From assembly GCA_945903415.1 (NCBI GenBank), contig CAMDOD010000002.1:474-64473 (forward strand): DNA of 64,000 nt. Direction: 5' to 3'. A program made the position numbers and the translations under genes. Below the pieces are notes generated by a model, which saw nothing but the letters and a program-made list of their open reading frames with translations, was not told the origin of the DNA and ran no database searches. Position 1 is the first letter of the stretch, and every line of letters begins with the position of its first letter. The DNA comes from Opitutus sp. GAS368 (GTDB taxonomy: Bacteria; Verrucomicrobiota; Verrucomicrobiia; Opitutales; Opitutaceae). Positions 19,094 through 28,686 of this stretch are shown piece by piece.

Positions 19094-19229
19094 GAGGGCG
19101 TCGCGAAATCGGCCCGGCAGGCGGACTTGAATCACGCGGGCGGGAGCTGGCGTGGGTGTGCAACATGGCTCGCAGCAGCACCACGTCGTTCTCGTTGTCT
19201 TCGACGTAGAGGATGAACGAAGAACTCAT
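19071..19229 (-). pseudogene. Relic of a response-regulator receiver domain (N-terminal about 23 codons only)
   Basis: MSSSFILYVEDNENDVVLLRAML (19229 down to about 19161) is a typical receiver-domain beta1/alpha1 start. After that the frame reads as low-complexity sequence and runs into the 3' end of the convergent ankyrin gene. There is no room for the remaining roughly 100 codons. Confidence 0.4.
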
Positions 19230-19413
19230 TTGATTTCCCGCTGGTGACGGCACCGACGACAGCGGGGATGCCCAGGGTTCCTCCCAGCGGCAAGTGACAC
19301 CCGCAGAGTCGGAGTTTTTCACGTTCCATTGGAAAGCGTCCCGGATCGGTCGGAGCCAGCCCGTCGATCACGCGGAGTTAGAGGGCATCTAAAAAGGGTG
19401 GCTTCTCTCACCA

Positions 19414-19488
19414 CGGTGCGGCTGTGGCCACGAGCGCCAGCGAGTGGAACGACGGGCCTTTCATCCACTCGCTGGCGCTTCGTGCTAC
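19414..19488. repeat. REP family 2 palindrome, copy D
   Basis: gtggccacgagcgccagcgagtgg-aacgacgggcctttcat-ccactcgctggcgcttcgtgctac. Perfect 12-bp core stem gccagcgagtgg/ccactcgctggc. GTAG head on the minus strand. The core cgagtggaacgacgggc.tttcat is shared with 58247-58311. Confidence 0.7.
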
Positions 19489-19609
19489 GGGAAGCGGGCC
19501 TTTGGGGACAGGCCCTTGGACGCGTGCGGGGTGCCGATCCCGGAGCTGGAGAGGTCAACCTCACTGCCAAACCGTTCAGCCGATCGCCGCCGAGGCGGTG
19601 GACGAACGC

Positions 19610-19638
19610 AAAAAAAGCGCGGCACCGAAGTGCCGCGC
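19610..19638 (-). terminator. Intrinsic terminator of fba
   Basis: Stem gcgcggcac/gtgccgcgc, loop cgaa, with a 7-nt A-run on the plus strand that reads as a U-tract on the minus strand. It lies 24 nt downstream of the fba stop. Confidence 0.75.
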
Positions 19639-19661
19639 TAAAACCGTCGTTCGGTCTCCGT

Positions 19662-20642
19662 TCAGGCCCGCGCCACCTGCGGGGCCGTGGTGCCAGCCGT
19701 GAGGCTCTTGCGCAGATCGGCCAACTGGTTGGCGCTGCCGAGGAGTTGGTTGCGGCTCGCGATGAACTTCGCGTATTCCTCGATGAAGATCTTGCCCGGC
19801 GGGCGGAAATCGAAGTCACCAGGATTGTCGCGGAAGTATTCGCGGTGGACACGGGTCCAAACGAGGCGGCCATCGGTGTCGATGTTGACCTTGGTGACGC
19901 CGAGTTGGGCGGCCGGGAGATACTCGGCCGGATCGACGCCCATCGAGTCCTTGATTGTGCCGCCGGCGGCATTGATCCGGTCGACCTCGTCCTTCGGGAC
20001 GGAGGACGAACCGTGCATCACCAGCGGGTAGCCGGGGAGGCGGGCCTTGATCTTCTCGAGCACATCGAAGTGCAACGACTGGCGGCCCTTGAACTTGAAG
20101 GCGCCGTGGCTGGTACCGATCGCGCAGGCGAGGGAATCACAGCCGGTCTGGTTCACGAAATCCTTGGCTTCATCCGGGTCCGTCAGGCAGGCGTGACCTT
20201 CCTCGACTTTGATGTCCTCCTCGACGCCGCCGAGCATGCCGAGTTCGGCTTCCACCGAAAGACCCTTGGCGTGGGCCTTCTCGACGACGCGCTTCGTGAT
20301 GGCGACGTTCTGATCGAAGGGATCGTGCGAGGCATCGATCATGACGGAGCTGAAGAAGCCCGAATCGATGCACTCGTAGCAGGTCTGCTCGTCGCCGTGG
20401 TCGAGATGGACGGCGTAGATCGCCTCCGGGAACACATCGCCCGCCGCGCGGATGATGGCCTCGAGCATGCGCTTGTCGGTGTACTTCCGCGCACCCTTGG
20501 AAAGCTGGATGATGAACGGGGCTTGGGATTGGACACAACCCTTGAACAAGCCCATGGCCTGCTCGGCATTATTGATGTTATACGCACCGACGGCGTACTT
20601 GCCGTAGGCATGTTTGAAGAGCTGCGCGGTGGTGACGATCAT
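19662..20642 (-). CDS. fba: Class II fructose-bisphosphate aldolase
   Basis: MIVTTAQLFKHAYGKYAVGAYNINNAEQ...PFIIQLSKGARKY...VHLDHGD...VMIDASH...LVMHGSSSVP are hallmark class II FBA blocks, including the metal ligands. Confidence 0.9.
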   Translation of the reverse strand: MIVTTAQLFKHAYGKYAVGAYNINNAEQAMGLFKGCVQSQAPFIIQLSKGARKYTDKRMLEAIIRAAGDVFPEAIYAVHLDHGDEQTCYECIDSGFFSSVMIDASHDPFDQNVAITKRVVEKAHAKGLSVEAELGMLGGVEEDIKVEEGHACLTDPDEAKDFVNQTGCDSLACAIGTSHGAFKFKGRQSLHFDVLEKIKARLPGYPLVMHGSSSVPKDEVDRINAAGGTIKDSMGVDPAEYLPAAQLGVTKVNIDTDGRLVWTRVHREYFRDNPGDFDFRPPGKIFIEEYAKFIASRNQLLGSANQLADLRKSLTAGTTAPQVARA

Positions 20643-20713
20643 GTTCGAAGGTAGTAAACCGCACTGTTCCTGTCACCTTCGGACCGCGCAAGGGTTTTTT
20701 CCGGGCGCATCTG

Positions 20714-21787
20714 TTAACCGCCGCCCTTGCGCCGGGTGGCCGGCGCGCTTCCTCCGGGCGAGAGGTTATCGCGGAGCAGCTGCTGCAACTGCTGCTGGCT
20801 TTGCTGCTGCTGTTGAATCTGCTGGAGAGCGGACATTTGGGTGGGAGCTAGGACAGTTTGCGCCTGCGTGACCGCCCCTGCGGTGACCCGGGCCGTGCCA
20901 CCGCCTCGGGCTCCCATGTCGACGACCGCATTGAGCATGCCGGGACCGCCCAAGACGCCCGCCACCAGCCCACCCAGTTCAGGGCCGATGAAACCCCGTC
21001 CGGGTGGCGGAGGATTCGCGTTCTCTCCGCGCGGGGGGGGATTGTCCGCGAGAATCTGCACCAACTGATCGGCCTGCGTCGCGCTCAGGGGAACATCGGT
21101 GTAGCTGAGCCGCTGCTGGAGGTCGTTGACTAGGGTGCGCTGGGGTAGGGTCTGTTCGTAATTCTGGAGCTGGGCGAAGCCGGAGTCGCCCAGCAGCGAC
21201 TTGATGCCGACATCGACCTCGCCCTGGGCGTCCGCGATGAGCTTTCGAAAGCCCTCGGGATCGGTCCGCGGATTCACGCCCTGATCTCGCGCGGCCATCA
21301 GGACGTCCTGCAAGGTGGTCTGACGCTCGGCGAGGAGGCTCTTCAACTGATCCGACTGCGCGGTCCCAAGATTCAGGCGGTGAAACAGCGCCGCATACCG
21401 GGCATCGATCGCCGCCGTTTGCTGAATCCGCATGAGGGCCTGGACTTCCGGCTTGGCCATCAGATCCCGGACCGCGGCCATTTGTTGCTGTGGACCGCGA
21501 CCGGCCCGTTGCCCTCCGCGGTCGCGCGTCGGATCGGCTCCCTCGGAGAAAGTCGGGGGCGGCGTGGCATCGCCGGGCGGCGGGCGCGAGGCGGCCAGTT
21601 CGTCCTGCAACTCGCGGTTCCGCGATTCAAGATCCCAGGCCCGCTTCTGCCAGTCCGCCCGTTCGTTCGGATCCATGGCCGCGGCGCGGAGTTCGATCAG
21701 CTCGCGGTACTGACTCCACGCGATGCCCGCGCCACCGAGGGTGGTGATCGCGAGGATCACGATGACGTACGGTTGCGGCGACTTCAC
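20714..21787 (-). CDS. Hypothetical membrane-anchored protein with a coiled-coil, L-x-x-T-Q-like repeats and a Gln-rich tail
   Basis: N-terminal TM segment YVIVILAITTLGGAGIAW. Three repeats: LGTAQSDQLKSLL, LSATQADQLVQIL, LAPTQMSALQQIQ. C-terminal QQIQQQQQSQQQLQQLL. No family recognised. Confidence 0.6.
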   Translation of the reverse strand: MKSPQPYVIVILAITTLGGAGIAWSQYRELIELRAAAMDPNERADWQKRAWDLESRNRELQDELAASRPPPGDATPPPTFSEGADPTRDRGGQRAGRGPQQQMAAVRDLMAKPEVQALMRIQQTAAIDARYAALFHRLNLGTAQSDQLKSLLAERQTTLQDVLMAARDQGVNPRTDPEGFRKLIADAQGEVDVGIKSLLGDSGFAQLQNYEQTLPQRTLVNDLQQRLSYTDVPLSATQADQLVQILADNPPPRGENANPPPPGRGFIGPELGGLVAGVLGGPGMLNAVVDMGARGGGTARVTAGAVTQAQTVLAPTQMSALQQIQQQQQSQQQLQQLLRDNLSPGGSAPATRRKGGG

Positions 21788-21860
21788 GACTGAGGACTAG
21801 ACGCAGGGTGGTCGGTGAAGTTACTCGCGGCGCGCACCCCCGGGGGCGCCGGCAGTGGCG

Positions 21861-24659
21861 CTACCGGGGCGGAAACTCGAACTCGGCCTTGGCGCCGGTC
21901 TTGGACAGCACCAGATAGGCGGAGAAGGGCAGTCCGCGTTTGGACATGAAGCCCTCGATCAAGTTCGTCCGGCCGGTCTCAAACAGCTGGCGTGCCTCCT
22001 CGGTGGGAATGTCCTTGGCGCAGAGCTGGCGCTTGAGGGTGAACACGATCCGGTTGTCCTGGTCCGGTTTGCGGACGTAGAACGCCTCGGGTGTCTCGAG
22101 GACCTCGCCGTTCTTGTGCATCTTGCTCGGCCCGAGGACGACGGCGGTCGTGAGATCGGGCGGCGCCTTGGCCTTGCGGGGAATCGGATTGCCGTCCTTG
22201 TCGAGCTTGGCCTTCCGCGGCGGAAACTCCCAGGCGATGCGCTCGCCCTGGCGTTTGAGAAACGCATCGAACGGGCGGCCCTTCTTCGACGTGAACCCTT
22301 GGATCAACTCGGTCTTGCCCTCGGAAACCAACGCGATCGCCGCCTCGCGGGGAATAGCCTTTTGGCACATAAGCCGGCCGACCCGGAAGGTCTGCTTGAA
22401 GCCCTCGCCCTCGCGCTCGCGCAGCAGGTAGCTGTTGCCCGACTCGCAGAGTTCCGCGCCGGTGGCGGGATCTTTCCAGAAGGGTTCCAGTGTCGCCAGG
22501 TCCTGCTTGTCGCCGAAGTCGTACTCGGCCTTCCACTTTCCTTTTTCCTCGTCCTTGACGAGTTTCAGAGCGGCAGCGAACCGGCTGCGGGTGCGGGCGG
22601 AAATGAATCCGTCGAGGGGACCCACGACGCCTTTCTCGACCAGTTCGCGCACCTCGGTTTCCTCCATCCGGCGACCGCCAATGACCTTGTAGATCATGAA
22701 CTCGCCGTCCTGCGACTTGTAGCCGCGCAAAGTCTCCCGCAGCGGCTTGCCGTCGGTCGGGGAGGGGATGTCGGTCGTCCGCGCGATCGAGTCATCCTCC
22801 TCGAAGCCTTTCACGCGCTCGATGATGCCTTTCGTCGTCGCCGCGATCTCGGCCATGAACTTCGGCCGGGTAAACTTGCCGTGCTCCATCTGCCGGAGCT
22901 TGTATTCCCAATCGCCGGTAAGGTCGGGCTTGGTCAGTTCCTCGGCCTTCACCGCGCCGAGGAATTGGAGCAACTGCTCCGCTTTCGCCGTCGGCACCAG
23001 TTCGCGCTGCGCCCGGTCCATATACTTCTGATTGATCAGGCCGTCGATCGTATCGGCCCGGGTCGCCGGCGTCCCGAGACCGCGCTCCTTCATCGCCTCG
23101 GCGAATCCCTCGTCGTCGACCAGCTTGCCGGCACCTTCCATCGCGGACAGCAGCGTCGCTTCTGTGTACCGTGGGGGTGGCTTCGTGGTTTCGGAGTGGA
23201 GGATCGGATCGATGGTCTTCGCGCGGGACGGCGATCCGTCGTCGGCGGTAAGCGCGGGCAGCGACTTGGAATCCGCCGCATCCTCGTCGACGTTCGTGCG
23301 GCCATAGACCGCGAGCCAGCCCGGGACGGTGAGGACCTTGCCCTCCGTCTTGAAGTCATGAGCCGGGGCCACCGTGCTGATGCGGGTCGTCACATCGAAT
23401 TCGGCCGACGGATAAAAAACCGCGACGAAACGCCGGGCGATCATGTCGAACACCTTTGCCTCCATGTCCTCGAGATTCTTCGTCTCGTGGGCGGTCGGGA
23501 TGATGGCGAAGTGATCCGAGATCTGCTCGTTGTTGAAGATGCGCTTGTTCGGCCGCACCCAGCCACTGTCCAGGACCTTCTGCGCATGCTTCCCCAAGTC
23601 TCCGCCGAGATTCTGGAGCGTTTCGCGGACGGTCGGAATATAATCCTCCGGCAGGGCCCGCGAATCCGTACGAGGATACGTGATCATCTTGTGCCGCTCG
23701 TACAACGCCTGGGCAATCTGGAGGGTGCGTCGCGCGGGCAGGCCGAAGCGGTTGTTCGCCTCACGCTGGAGCGTGGTCAGATCGTAAAGGCGCGGAGCGG
23801 CCTGCGTGCTGCCCTTCTTTTCCTCGGTGACGCGGGCGGGCGGCTGGCCCTGGCACGAGGCCACGACGGCCTCCGCCATCGCCTGCTCCCAGATGCGATC
23901 GATGCGATCGTGATCGTCGCCCTCGGCCCGCTTGAAGTTCGGACGCTGGTACACGCCCTCGTAGCGACCCTTGGCGACCTCGAACGTCGCCGTTACCCGC
24001 CAGTAAGCGCGGGGCTTGAAATTCCGAATCTCGAGCTCGCGGTTATAGACGATCGCGAGGGTGGGCGTCTGCACGCGACCGACCGACGCGACGTTCCCGG
24101 CCCGGGATCCAAACATACGCTTGGTCAGCGCGCGCGTCCCGTTGATGCCGATCAGCCAGTCGCTCTCGCTGCGGCAGCGGGCGGCGTCCTCGAGTCCCTT
24201 CATCTTCTCGCCGTCGCGGAGGTTGCGGAACGCCTCCTTGATGCCCTCGGTGGTCATCGTCTGCATCCACGCGCGCTTCACCGGCAGCTTGCACTTGGTG
24301 AGCTGGTAGAGGTACGCGAAGATCAACTCGCCCTCGCGGCCGGCGTCACAGGCATTGATGACCTGGGTGATGTCCTTGCGGGCAAGAAGTTTTTTCAACG
24401 CGCTGAAGCGCTCCTTCGAGGCCTCGATCGGCTTGAGGCCGAATTTCTCGGGAATGATCGGCAGCATTTCCAGCCGCCAGAAGCCGTATTTCTTCTTGTC
24501 GATGTCCTCCGGCATCTCGAGTTCCACGAGGTGGCCGAGCGCATAGGAGATGACGTACTCGTCGTTCTCGTAGTGGTCGCCCTTCTTCGGAACCTTGCCC
24601 AGGGAGCGCGCGAGGTCCGCCGCGACGGAGGGCTTCTCGGCGATGACGAGTGACTTCAT
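21861..24659 (-). CDS. topB: Type IA DNA topoisomerase, topoisomerase III-like, with C-terminal repeat domains
   Basis: Toprim start MKSLVIAEKPS. Contains GHLVEL...LPIIPEKF, YPRTDSRALP (active-site Tyr context) and repeated C-terminal units GFTSKKGRPFDAFL / GFMSKRGLPFSAYL. Start taken at ATG 24659. Confidence 0.85.
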   Translation of the reverse strand: MKSLVIAEKPSVAADLARSLGKVPKKGDHYENDEYVISYALGHLVELEMPEDIDKKKYGFWRLEMLPIIPEKFGLKPIEASKERFSALKKLLARKDITQVINACDAGREGELIFAYLYQLTKCKLPVKRAWMQTMTTEGIKEAFRNLRDGEKMKGLEDAARCRSESDWLIGINGTRALTKRMFGSRAGNVASVGRVQTPTLAIVYNRELEIRNFKPRAYWRVTATFEVAKGRYEGVYQRPNFKRAEGDDHDRIDRIWEQAMAEAVVASCQGQPPARVTEEKKGSTQAAPRLYDLTTLQREANNRFGLPARRTLQIAQALYERHKMITYPRTDSRALPEDYIPTVRETLQNLGGDLGKHAQKVLDSGWVRPNKRIFNNEQISDHFAIIPTAHETKNLEDMEAKVFDMIARRFVAVFYPSAEFDVTTRISTVAPAHDFKTEGKVLTVPGWLAVYGRTNVDEDAADSKSLPALTADDGSPSRAKTIDPILHSETTKPPPRYTEATLLSAMEGAGKLVDDEGFAEAMKERGLGTPATRADTIDGLINQKYMDRAQRELVPTAKAEQLLQFLGAVKAEELTKPDLTGDWEYKLRQMEHGKFTRPKFMAEIAATTKGIIERVKGFEEDDSIARTTDIPSPTDGKPLRETLRGYKSQDGEFMIYKVIGGRRMEETEVRELVEKGVVGPLDGFISARTRSRFAAALKLVKDEEKGKWKAEYDFGDKQDLATLEPFWKDPATGAELCESGNSYLLREREGEGFKQTFRVGRLMCQKAIPREAAIALVSEGKTELIQGFTSKKGRPFDAFLKRQGERIAWEFPPRKAKLDKDGNPIPRKAKAPPDLTTAVVLGPSKMHKNGEVLETPEAFYVRKPDQDNRIVFTLKRQLCAKDIPTEEARQLFETGRTNLIEGFMSKRGLPFSAYLVLSKTGAKAEFEFPPR

Positions 24660-24782
24660 GTAAGGGCGAGCCGTTGCCCGCGACGGGACGAAGTGCAAGA
24701 AATTGTTTTCCCGGATTTCGGGCGGGGCCCGAAATCCGGAGTGAGGCGCGGAGACCCTTGGACCCTTCCGCCGCCTGCATTC

Positions 24783-24857
24783 CTAGCGCCGGTTTACGAC
24801 CGGCGAAAGAGGATCGGGTCTTCGGAATGGCCGTCGCCGGCCGAAGACCGGCGCTAC
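24783..24857. repeat. REP family 3 palindrome, copy F
   Basis: ctagcgccggtttacgaccggcg...ggtcttcgg-aatggccgtcgccgg-ccgaagaccggcgctac. GTAG head on the minus strand. Both ends match 62070-62134. Confidence 0.65.
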
Positions 24858-24891
24858 GGCGCAGCAGGACTACGCCTCTCTACTCGACGTC

Positions 24892-25980
24892 TTAGGCTGC
24901 GACTTTTGGGGTCTCGGCGAGGGCGGCGTCGAAGGATTGCAGCATGGACGCGATGGTCGCATCGGTTTCGTCGCCCATGTTGGAAATCCGGAAGGTCTTT
25001 CCCTTCAGCTTGCCGTAGCCGCCGTCGATTACGAGGTGGTGCTTCGACTTGAGGATCTTGTTCAAGGCGCCGAGGTCGTAGTTCAGGGTGTTCGCGAAAC
25101 AATTCAGCGTCACCGAGCCGTAGCCCTCTTTCGGGAACATCTGGAAGCCCTTCGCAAGCACGTGATCGCGCACCATCCGGTTGAGCCGGGCGTGGCGGGC
25201 GTGGCGGGCGTCGATGCCCTCGGCCTTGATGTCCTCGAGCTTGGACTTGAGCGCGTAGATGTGGGAAATCGTCGGCGTGCTGGGGGTCATGCCCGCCTCG
25301 TGGTTTTTCTGGAACTCGACGAAGTCGAAATAATAGCCGCGGCCCTCGGTCTTCGCGGCGCGGTCGAGAGCGCGCTTCGACACCGACACGAGCGAAAGGC
25401 CGGGCGGCATCGCGAGGGCCTTCTGCGAACCGGTGATGAAAACATCGATTCCGAGTTCATCCTTCGAGATCGGCATCGCGCTGAACGAGCTCACCGTGTC
25501 GACGATCGAGATGACCTCGGGAAACTCGCGCACGACCTTCATGATCGCCGGCAGGTCGCTCATGCAGCCGCACGAGGTTTCATTGTGGATCAGCGTGATC
25601 GCGTCGTAGGCGCCGGTCGCGAGTTCGCGCCGCACGGCCTCGGGATCCACCGGCTGGCCCCATTCGAACTTCAACGCGGTCGCGGCCTTGGCGTCGCGGA
25701 GGGCGACATCGTTCCACTTGTCCGAGAACGCTCCGTTCATGCAATTCAGGACCTTTTTCTGGACGACGTTGCGGAGGGCCCCTTCCATCACGCCCCAGGC
25801 GCTGCTCGTCGAAAGATACACCGGATCCCTGGTGTTCATCAGGGCCTGCAGGTCGGGCTGGATCGCGTTGTACAGGGCGACGAAATCAGGGCTCCGATGC
25901 CCAATCATGGGCTGGCCCATGGCGCGCAGCGTTTTTTCCGAGACGGCGATGGGACCGGGGATGAAGAGTTTGTAGCTCAT
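24892..25980 (-). CDS. Class V aminotransferase (serine-pyruvate / alanine-glyoxylate aminotransferase family)
   Basis: MSYKLFIPGPIAVSEKTLRAMGQPMIGHRSPDF is the typical N-terminus. TGSQKALAMPPGLS carries the PLP-lysine motif. Start taken at ATG 25980. Confidence 0.8.
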   Translation of the reverse strand: MSYKLFIPGPIAVSEKTLRAMGQPMIGHRSPDFVALYNAIQPDLQALMNTRDPVYLSTSSAWGVMEGALRNVVQKKVLNCMNGAFSDKWNDVALRDAKAATALKFEWGQPVDPEAVRRELATGAYDAITLIHNETSCGCMSDLPAIMKVVREFPEVISIVDTVSSFSAMPISKDELGIDVFITGSQKALAMPPGLSLVSVSKRALDRAAKTEGRGYYFDFVEFQKNHEAGMTPSTPTISHIYALKSKLEDIKAEGIDARHARHARLNRMVRDHVLAKGFQMFPKEGYGSVTLNCFANTLNYDLGALNKILKSKHHLVIDGGYGKLKGKTFRISNMGDETDATIASMLQSFDAALAETPKVAA

Positions 25981-26204
25981 AGGTTTTGCTGCGCAAAAAC
26001 CTTGGTTCGGATCCGCCGCTGCGGAACCGCCAGACAATGTGCGCAGGCGTGGGGGAAAACAGTTTACGCCCTCCGAGCCGTCAACCTTCATTCCCGGACA
26101 GCAGCATGCTTCATCAAGGGTATCAGTTAACCAGCAGAGTGGGGCTTGGACCCGCCTCCTTACCAGCGGCGCGAGCCGCCTAGGGTTTTGCGGACCCAAA
26201 GCCC

Positions 26205-27425
26205 ATGAATTGGCTGAAGCGTCAGGTCACTGCGCTCGAACTCTACACGGTCGATGTCATCTATGGCCGTCGGGCCGGGGCGGCACCTGCGATCTATGGT
26301 GCGGTGCTGCAGGCGTTCTCCTGGCTCTTCCAAGTTATAGCCAGGACACGCCTTTGGCTCTACCGGCACCGAATTCTTCACGATCAGCCGCTCGGCTGCC
26401 TCGTGGTCGTGGTCGGCAATCTCACCGTCGGCGGCACCGGGAAAACGCCGGTGGTGGAGAAGTTTGCCCGCGCGCTGCACGATCGCGGACGCAAGGTCGC
26501 CATCCTGAGCCGCGGATACAAGAGCAAGGCTCCGCCCGCCTGGAAGCGTTGGTGGTGGTCCTTCACCCAAGCGGAGGAACCACCGCCGCGCATCGTCAGC
26601 GACGGCCGGCAGGTGCTCCTCGACAGCGAACAGGCCGGCGACGAACCCTACATGCTGGCCCGCAATCTCCCGGGGGTGATCGTGCTCGTGGACAAGAACC
26701 GGGTGAAGGCCGGGGCTTACGCGATCAAGAAATTCGGCTGCGACACGCTCGTGCTCGATGATGGTTTTCAGTATCTGCCGCTGAAGGGCCGGCTGAATCT
26801 GCTGCTCGTCGACAAGACCAATCCCTTCGGCAACGGCCACCTGCTTCCGCGCGGAATCCTGCGCGAGCCGATCTCGCACCTGCGCCGCGCGAGCTATGTT
26901 TTCCTGACCAAGTCTGATGGACGCCGCGATCCGGAGCTCGAGCGGTTGATTGAGGAGCACAACCCCGGCGTGGACATCATCGAGTGCGCCCACCGTCCCC
27001 AGTACCTCCAACGGTTCGGGCCGCTGACGCCGGGCGAGGACGGCCGTCAGCCGCTCACGTTTCTCAAGGGCCGGCGGGTCTTCGCGTTCAGCGGGATCGC
27101 CACGCCCGAGAGCTTCGAGAAATTTCTCCGCGATCTCGGAGCCCTATTGATGGGCCGGGAGCGCTTCGTCGATCACTATCGGTATGGTCCCGAGGACCTG
27201 GCGGAGCTCTTTGCCGCGGCCCGGCAGGCGGGCGCGGAATGCCTGGTGACGACGGAGAAGGATGCCGTCCGAATCAGCGAGGCAATGGAGTGTCCGTTGC
27301 CGGTCTATTACCTTCGGCTTGAGATCGAGATTTTGCGCGGCGCGGCGGACTTCGACGAGGCGGTGGGCCGGATCTGTTTCCCGGCGACTGGCCTCAAGTC
27401 CGCCGGGGCCCTCTCGCAGGGATAA
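26205..27425 (+). CDS. lpxK: Tetraacyldisaccharide 4'-kinase
   Basis: [19 protein letters not shown] (P-loop), then ILSRGYKS and LVLDDGFQ, are canonical LpxK blocks. Confidence 0.85.
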   Translation: MNWLKRQVTALELYTVDVIYGRRAGAAPAIYGAVLQAFSWLFQVIARTRLWLYRHRILHDQPLGCLVVVVGNLTVGGTGKTPVVEKFARALHDRGRKVAILSRGYKSKAPPAWKRWWWSFTQAEEPPPRIVSDGRQVLLDSEQAGDEPYMLARNLPGVIVLVDKNRVKAGAYAIKKFGCDTLVLDDGFQYLPLKGRLNLLLVDKTNPFGNGHLLPRGILREPISHLRRASYVFLTKSDGRRDPELERLIEEHNPGVDIIECAHRPQYLQRFGPLTPGEDGRQPLTFLKGRRVFAFSGIATPESFEKFLRDLGALLMGRERFVDHYRYGPEDLAELFAAARQAGAECLVTTEKDAVRISEAMECPLPVYYLRLEIEILRGAADFDEAVGRICFPATGLKSAGALSQG

Positions 27426-27515
27426 GACCGCAGACTGCCGGGTGGGGGAGGGTGGGCCCGGTCCGGGAGCTTTCGCCCTTGCCCGGTCGGACGCGGCCGG
27501 GGTTAAGTGCCCATC

Positions 27516-28643
27516 ATGATTCTCGATCCCCGCTTCACCCAACTGGCCAGCGGCCTCATTGGATTTTCGACGGCGCTGAAGCCGGGTGAGCGCGTGCTCA
27601 TCGATGCGTTTGATGTCCCGGACGAGATGGTGGTCGCACTGGTCCGCGCCACCCGTGAACGCGGCGCCCACCCCTACGTGCAACTGCACCGGGCCCGCAT
27701 CACTCGTGAACTGACGTTGGGCGCCGCCGAAGCGCAGTACGCGCCGCATGCCGAGATCGAGCTAGCCCGCATGCAAAAAATGGATGCCTACATCGCGCTG
27801 CGGGGTTCGAACAACATCTTCGAGGCCGCGGATGTCCCGTCACCCAAGGTCCAGTTGGTCTCGCGCCTGATGAAGCCCGTGCTCGATCACCGGGTGGGCC
27901 GGACGAAGTGGGTCGTGCTCCGCTGGCCCAGCCCGGCGATGGCGCAGCAGGCCGGCATGAGCACGGAGGCCTTCGAGGATTTCTACTTCCGCGTCTGCAC
28001 GCTCGATTACGGCCGGATGATCCCCGGGATGAAGGCGCTGGCCACGCTGATGGAGAAAACCGATCGCGTGCACATCAAGGGACCGGGCACCGATCTGCGG
28101 TTCTCGATCAAAGGCATCGGCGCCCAGCCCTGCGGCGGCTTGCGCAACATCCCGGATGGCGAGGTCTTCTCGTGTCCGGTGAAGGACAGCGTCGAGGGCT
28201 GCATCCAATACAACGCGCCGACCGTTTATCTCGGCGCCTCCTTCGACAATATCCGCCTCGAGTTCCGCAAGGGCCGAATTGTCGAGGCGACCTCGAGCAA
28301 CACGAAGCGCCTGAATGAGATTCTCGATAGCGATGCCGGCGCGCGTTACATCGGCGAGTTCGCGATCGGATTCAACCCGCACATCCTCGAGCCGATGCGT
28401 GACATTCTCTTCGACGAGAAAATCGCGGGCTCCTTCCATTTCACGCCGGGCCAGGCCTACGAGAACGTGGGGAACGGCAACAAATCGCAGGTGCATTGGG
28501 ACATGGTCTGCATGCAGCGCCCCGAATACGGCGGCGGTGAAATCTGGTTCGACGGGAAGCTGATCCGGAAGAACGGCCTCTTCGTTCCGAAGGCGCTGCA
28601 CAAGTTGAATCCGGACTACTTGCTCGGGAAATCCAGTCGCTGA
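27516..28643 (+). CDS. M29-family aminopeptidase (AmpS/PepS-like)
   Basis: Size and blocks are typical of thermophilic-metalloprotease M29: [38 protein letters not shown] 27516, or GTG 27507. Confidence 0.8.
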   Translation: MILDPRFTQLASGLIGFSTALKPGERVLIDAFDVPDEMVVALVRATRERGAHPYVQLHRARITRELTLGAAEAQYAPHAEIELARMQKMDAYIALRGSNNIFEAADVPSPKVQLVSRLMKPVLDHRVGRTKWVVLRWPSPAMAQQAGMSTEAFEDFYFRVCTLDYGRMIPGMKALATLMEKTDRVHIKGPGTDLRFSIKGIGAQPCGGLRNIPDGEVFSCPVKDSVEGCIQYNAPTVYLGASFDNIRLEFRKGRIVEATSSNTKRLNEILDSDAGARYIGEFAIGFNPHILEPMRDILFDEKIAGSFHFTPGQAYENVGNGNKSQVHWDMVCMQRPEYGGGEIWFDGKLIRKNGLFVPKALHKLNPDYLLGKSSR

Positions 28644-28686
28644 CCGCGGACGCCGGGCTCACCGCAGCCAAGCGCCGTCGCGCCAC

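Noticed and set aside
20775-20826. CAG/CTG-rich tract
   Set aside because: It is the coding sequence of the Gln/Leu-rich C-terminus of the 357-aa protein on the minus strand, not a non-coding microsatellite.
21855-24653. 932-aa plus-strand ORF almost exactly mirroring the topoisomerase gene
   Set aside because: This is an antisense shadow ORF typical of high-GC DNA. Its translation is low-complexity (Arg/Gly/Leu/Ala-rich) with no recognisable motifs. The minus-strand frame has unmistakable type IA topoisomerase blocks.
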